Positions 54,501 through 56,759 of a stretch of 56,759 bases of DNA are shown in pieces. Position 1 is the first letter of the stretch. The number at the start of each line of letters is the position of its first letter. The position numbers and the translations under genes are program-made. The stretch covers positions 25,934 to 82,692 of the forward strand of contig MHOE01000006.1 in NCBI GenBank assembly GCA_001819985.1. The letters run 5' to 3'. Under the pieces are notes generated by a model that saw nothing but the letters and a program-made list of their open reading frames with translations, was not told where the DNA came from and made no database searches. This stretch comes from Candidatus Spechtbacteria bacterium RIFCSPHIGHO2_02_FULL_43_15b (GTDB lineage: Bacteria; Patescibacteriota; Minisyncoccia; Spechtbacterales; HO2-43-30).

Positions 54501-54663
54501 ATATCCTCCATTATACACACCGTTCGAATAGATTTTCAAGGTGCGCGACTTTTAACTTGATAATAAAGCATAACTGCTAAAGCTACGCAATAGTAGTAAG
54601 GCATTGTTTAAGTTATATTTTTATGGTACTACGGAAAAATCAGTACATTAAAAAGGTGGCAGT

Positions 54664-55596
54664 ATGAGTATGTTGCGGAGGATTTTCGATGAAGTAGGAT
54701 GCCGTTTGCTTGGACGGATGTTTGTTGGCGGTCGTAGCATAGAGGATGTGTTAAAAACAGGGGAGCGTCTAAAAAAGGAAGGTTACAAAGTGACTTATAA
54801 CCTTCTTGGCGAGCATCAGGGCGACTCCGTTTTCGTGGATTACGCGTTGCGTACGACACTCGAACTTATCGGAAAAATGAGCGAAAGAAATCAAGGCAAT
54901 GTCGCTATAAAGCCGAGTTTATATGGACTTCAAATTTCTCCGGATAGTTTTCTGGCAAATGCAAAATTTATTGTTGAACGCGCGAAAAGTCAAGGAATAT
55001 CCGTAGAGTTTGACGCGGAACAACAGAGTTTTACAAATGATACCTTTAAGGTTTTTAATTTTTTTGCGTCAAGGATGGAATATAGGGGTTTTGTGGCGCA
55101 GTGCGTTCAGGCGCACGCGAGAAACATAATGAGCGTTATGACAAAATACGGATTGTGGAACAAGCGTATCCGCGTGGTAAAAGGCGCGGGTGTTTATAAA
55201 GAAAACGCGGATCGAGTTATCGGAGACGAGAAAGATATTTTGGTAAGGTACAAACAAATAGCGATCCTAAATCGCGACAATTGGCAAGCGCCCCTTATAG
55301 CGACGGTAAGAGACAGAACGCTCGCGTATGAAATGGCGAAAATTTTCAGAAATCCCAATACTTTTGAATTCGAGATGCTTTACGGGCCGATTGGGAAGCG
55401 TCTTTCAAGGGAACTTTTAGAAAAAGGTTATTCGGTGCGCATATACATTCCGTTTACTGATATTTGGTGCAAAGACGCGTGGATAGAATACGGCATCCGA
55501 AGAAGCGCTATGATGAGGAGGTTGGCATTAGGGGAAGTTAAAAGAATAATCGGCAAGGTATTTTTTAGGCATCACGATTCTTTCGAAAACAATTAA
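54664..55596 (+). CDS. Proline dehydrogenase (monofunctional PutB-like)
   Basis: It has YNLLGEH, VAIKPSLYG, RVVKGAGVYKE, EMLYGP and RIYIPF...WIEYGIRR. This follows the PRODH TIM-barrel pattern. Confidence 0.72.
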   Translation: MSMLRRIFDEVGCRLLGRMFVGGRSIEDVLKTGERLKKEGYKVTYNLLGEHQGDSVFVDYALRTTLELIGKMSERNQGNVAIKPSLYGLQISPDSFLANAKFIVERAKSQGISVEFDAEQQSFTNDTFKVFNFFASRMEYRGFVAQCVQAHARNIMSVMTKYGLWNKRIRVVKGAGVYKENADRVIGDEKDILVRYKQIAILNRDNWQAPLIATVRDRTLAYEMAKIFRNPNTFEFEMLYGPIGKRLSRELLEKGYSVRIYIPFTDIWCKDAWIEYGIRRSAMMRRLALGEVKRIIGKVFFRHHDSFENN

Positions 55597-55635
55597 CAGC
55601 ATACGGAAATCAAATACAAAGGAGGAAGACGAAAT

Positions 55636-56759
55636 ATGACAAGTATAGTAGTACGGTTACGCAATTATATCGGAGGGCATTGGGTTGATGGCGAGGGAGA
55701 TTGGTTTTCCAGCGTAAATCCAACAGTCCGAACATCAGAACTTGGCAGGGGCAACGCCGCTTCTAGCGAGCAGGTTAAAGCGGCGATTCTGGCGGCGTCA
55801 GGAGCTTATGATAATTGGCGCAATATGCCTCGTCCAAAAAAAGAAGAATATTTCTATCGCCTCCTATTAAAGTTTGGGGACCCCGAAGATCCAAGCAATG
55901 TGCGAATAAACGCGCTTGCGCGTCTCATTACAAACGAATGCGGAAAAACTTTGAACGAAGCGCGGGCGGATGTTGTGGAAGGAATACACATGATTCGGCT
56001 TTGCGCCGGTATGGGTCGCCGTCCTATCGGCGATGTGATTCCGTCAGAATTTCCGGAAAAGTTAATTTATACAGAACGAGACCCGAGGGGAGTCACAGCG
56101 GTTATATCGCCGTGGAATTTTCCGTTTGCTATTCCGTGGTGGATGATGGGCCCGGCTCTTATGATGGGTAATACCGTTGTTTTGAAGCCGGCGGAACAAA
56201 CCGCGGTCGTCGGTCAAAAAATAGTAGAGATGTGCGAGGAAGTCGGATTTCCTGCGGGAGTCGTGAATTTAGTTCACGGGATGGCAGAAACAGGCAAAAC
56301 TTTAGTGTCCGACGAAAGAGTGCGGCTAGTTTTGTTTACTGGTTCGTACGAAGTGGGCCGAAGCATAAAGCAGGTTTGCGCCGAAGATTCGGAGCTCGAC
56401 AAAATGGTGGTCGCGGAAACAGGTTCAAAAAGTGCGTTAATCGTCCTTCCGGACGCGGATTTGCTTCTGGCCGCGGAGGCGACTTCGAAAAGCGCATTTA
56501 AGACAACTGGCCAGCGGTGCGTATCGGCCGGAAGAGTGTTTGTTCCTGAAAGATTGTTATCACATTTTTGCGATCTTGTTATGGATTGGGTTGCGCAAAA
56601 TGTGCGTACCGGCAATCCCCTTAACGAGTCCACATTTATGGGTCCGCTGATTGACAAAGAGGGGGCGGAGAAAGTTTTGCGGTATAACGATATGGTAAGG
56701 GAAGCTGATTCTATAGGCGAAAGAAATGTGTCTATACTGATGGAAGCGAAAGCGGATAT
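55636..56759 (+). CDS. Aldehyde dehydrogenase, probable 1-pyrroline-5-carboxylate dehydrogenase (partial, runs off 3' edge)
   Basis: This frame is not in the ORF track because it has no stop in the window. SD AAAGGAGGA lies upstream. Read from the DNA: MTSIVVRLRNYIGGHWVDG..., VISPWNFPFAIPWWMMGPALMMGNTVVLKPAEQT, AETGSKSALIV and TGQRCVSAGRVFV (catalytic Cys). Confidence 0.85.
   Translation, partial: MTSIVVRLRNYIGGHWVDGEGDWFSSVNPTVRTSELGRGNAASSEQVKAAILAASGAYDNWRNMPRPKKEEYFYRLLLKFGDPEDPSNVRINALARLITNECGKTLNEARADVVEGIHMIRLCAGMGRRPIGDVIPSEFPEKLIYTERDPRGVTAVISPWNFPFAIPWWMMGPALMMGNTVVLKPAEQTAVVGQKIVEMCEEVGFPAGVVNLVHGMAETGKTLVSDERVRLVLFTGSYEVGRSIKQVCAEDSELDKMVVAETGSKSALIVLPDADLLLAAEATSKSAFKTTGQRCVSAGRVFVPERLLSHFCDLVMDWVAQNVRTGNPLNESTFMGPLIDKEGAEKVLRYNDMVREADSIGERNVSILMEAKAD

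Noticed and set aside
55815-56657. ORF-track entries 55815-56171 (+), 56232-56501 (+) and 56274-56657 (-).
   Set aside because: They are out-of-frame or antisense shadows inside the aldehyde dehydrogenase gene. The true frame starts at 55636 and carries clear ALDH motifs. The shadow translations are Arg/Ser/Gly-rich nonsense.
1-56759. Search for CRISPR arrays, tandem repeats, transposases, integrases, reverse transcriptase/DGR template-variable repeat pairs and phage genes.
   Set aside because: By eye I found no regularly spaced direct repeats. I found no ORF with DDE, tyrosine/serine recombinase or RT motifs. The two PKD surface genes share only protein-level similarity at their C-termini, with no TR/VR-like near-identical nucleotide repeat.
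1-56759. Alternative genetic code (UGA recoding, as in some CPR lineages).
   Set aside because: Long conserved genes read through cleanly under the standard code, and several genes terminate at TGA (for example the REC gene and the small ORF at 6095-6097). Code 11 fits.

Overview
This is a 56.8-kb bacterial window, densely coded on both strands. I count about 47 protein genes and one tRNA-Glu. I found no rRNA, no CRISPR array and no recognisable transposase, integrase or phage gene. All calls rest on motifs read by eye from the ORF translations; no database search was run.

Backbone: the window is mostly housekeeping. It holds polA, holA, rpsT, truB, uvrB, ruvA, recO, greA, tsaD (plus the tail of tsaE), four aminoacyl-tRNA synthetases (valS, ileS, glyQS, metG), murE-like and FemAB cell-wall genes, and argG.

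Likely origin (inference only): the gene architecture suggests a small-genome Patescibacteria/CPR-like organism using the standard genetic code. The signs are shortened Pol I, ValRS and MurE, FemAB, a TrmB-type regulator, an Hsp20 with an acidic N-terminal tail, and surface proteins ending in a two-helix pilin-like module.

Most unusual content:
1. 11881-16147: an operon encoding a divergent FtsH-like AAA+ protein followed by two lipoproteins. The protein has a polytopic membrane domain, an expanded ATPase module and HExxxH in place of the HExxH zinc motif.
2. 34501-35112: an apparently intact histidine-phosphatase (PGAM-type) domain embedded in the catalytic core of IleRS.
3. 26180-31231: a tRNA-Glu-adjacent block with two M50 site-2-protease-like genes flanking a single-pass membrane protein, followed by a LonC-like Lon protease with degenerate Walker motifs.
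4. 47354-51715: two large PKD/Ig-type surface proteins that share a C-terminal pilin-like membrane module.
5. 51771-56759: an indoleamine-2,3-dioxygenase-family gene beside alanine-dehydrogenase-like, proline-dehydrogenase and aldehyde-dehydrogenase genes.

Several small regulatory elements and one autonomous 45-codon peptide gene are also reported.
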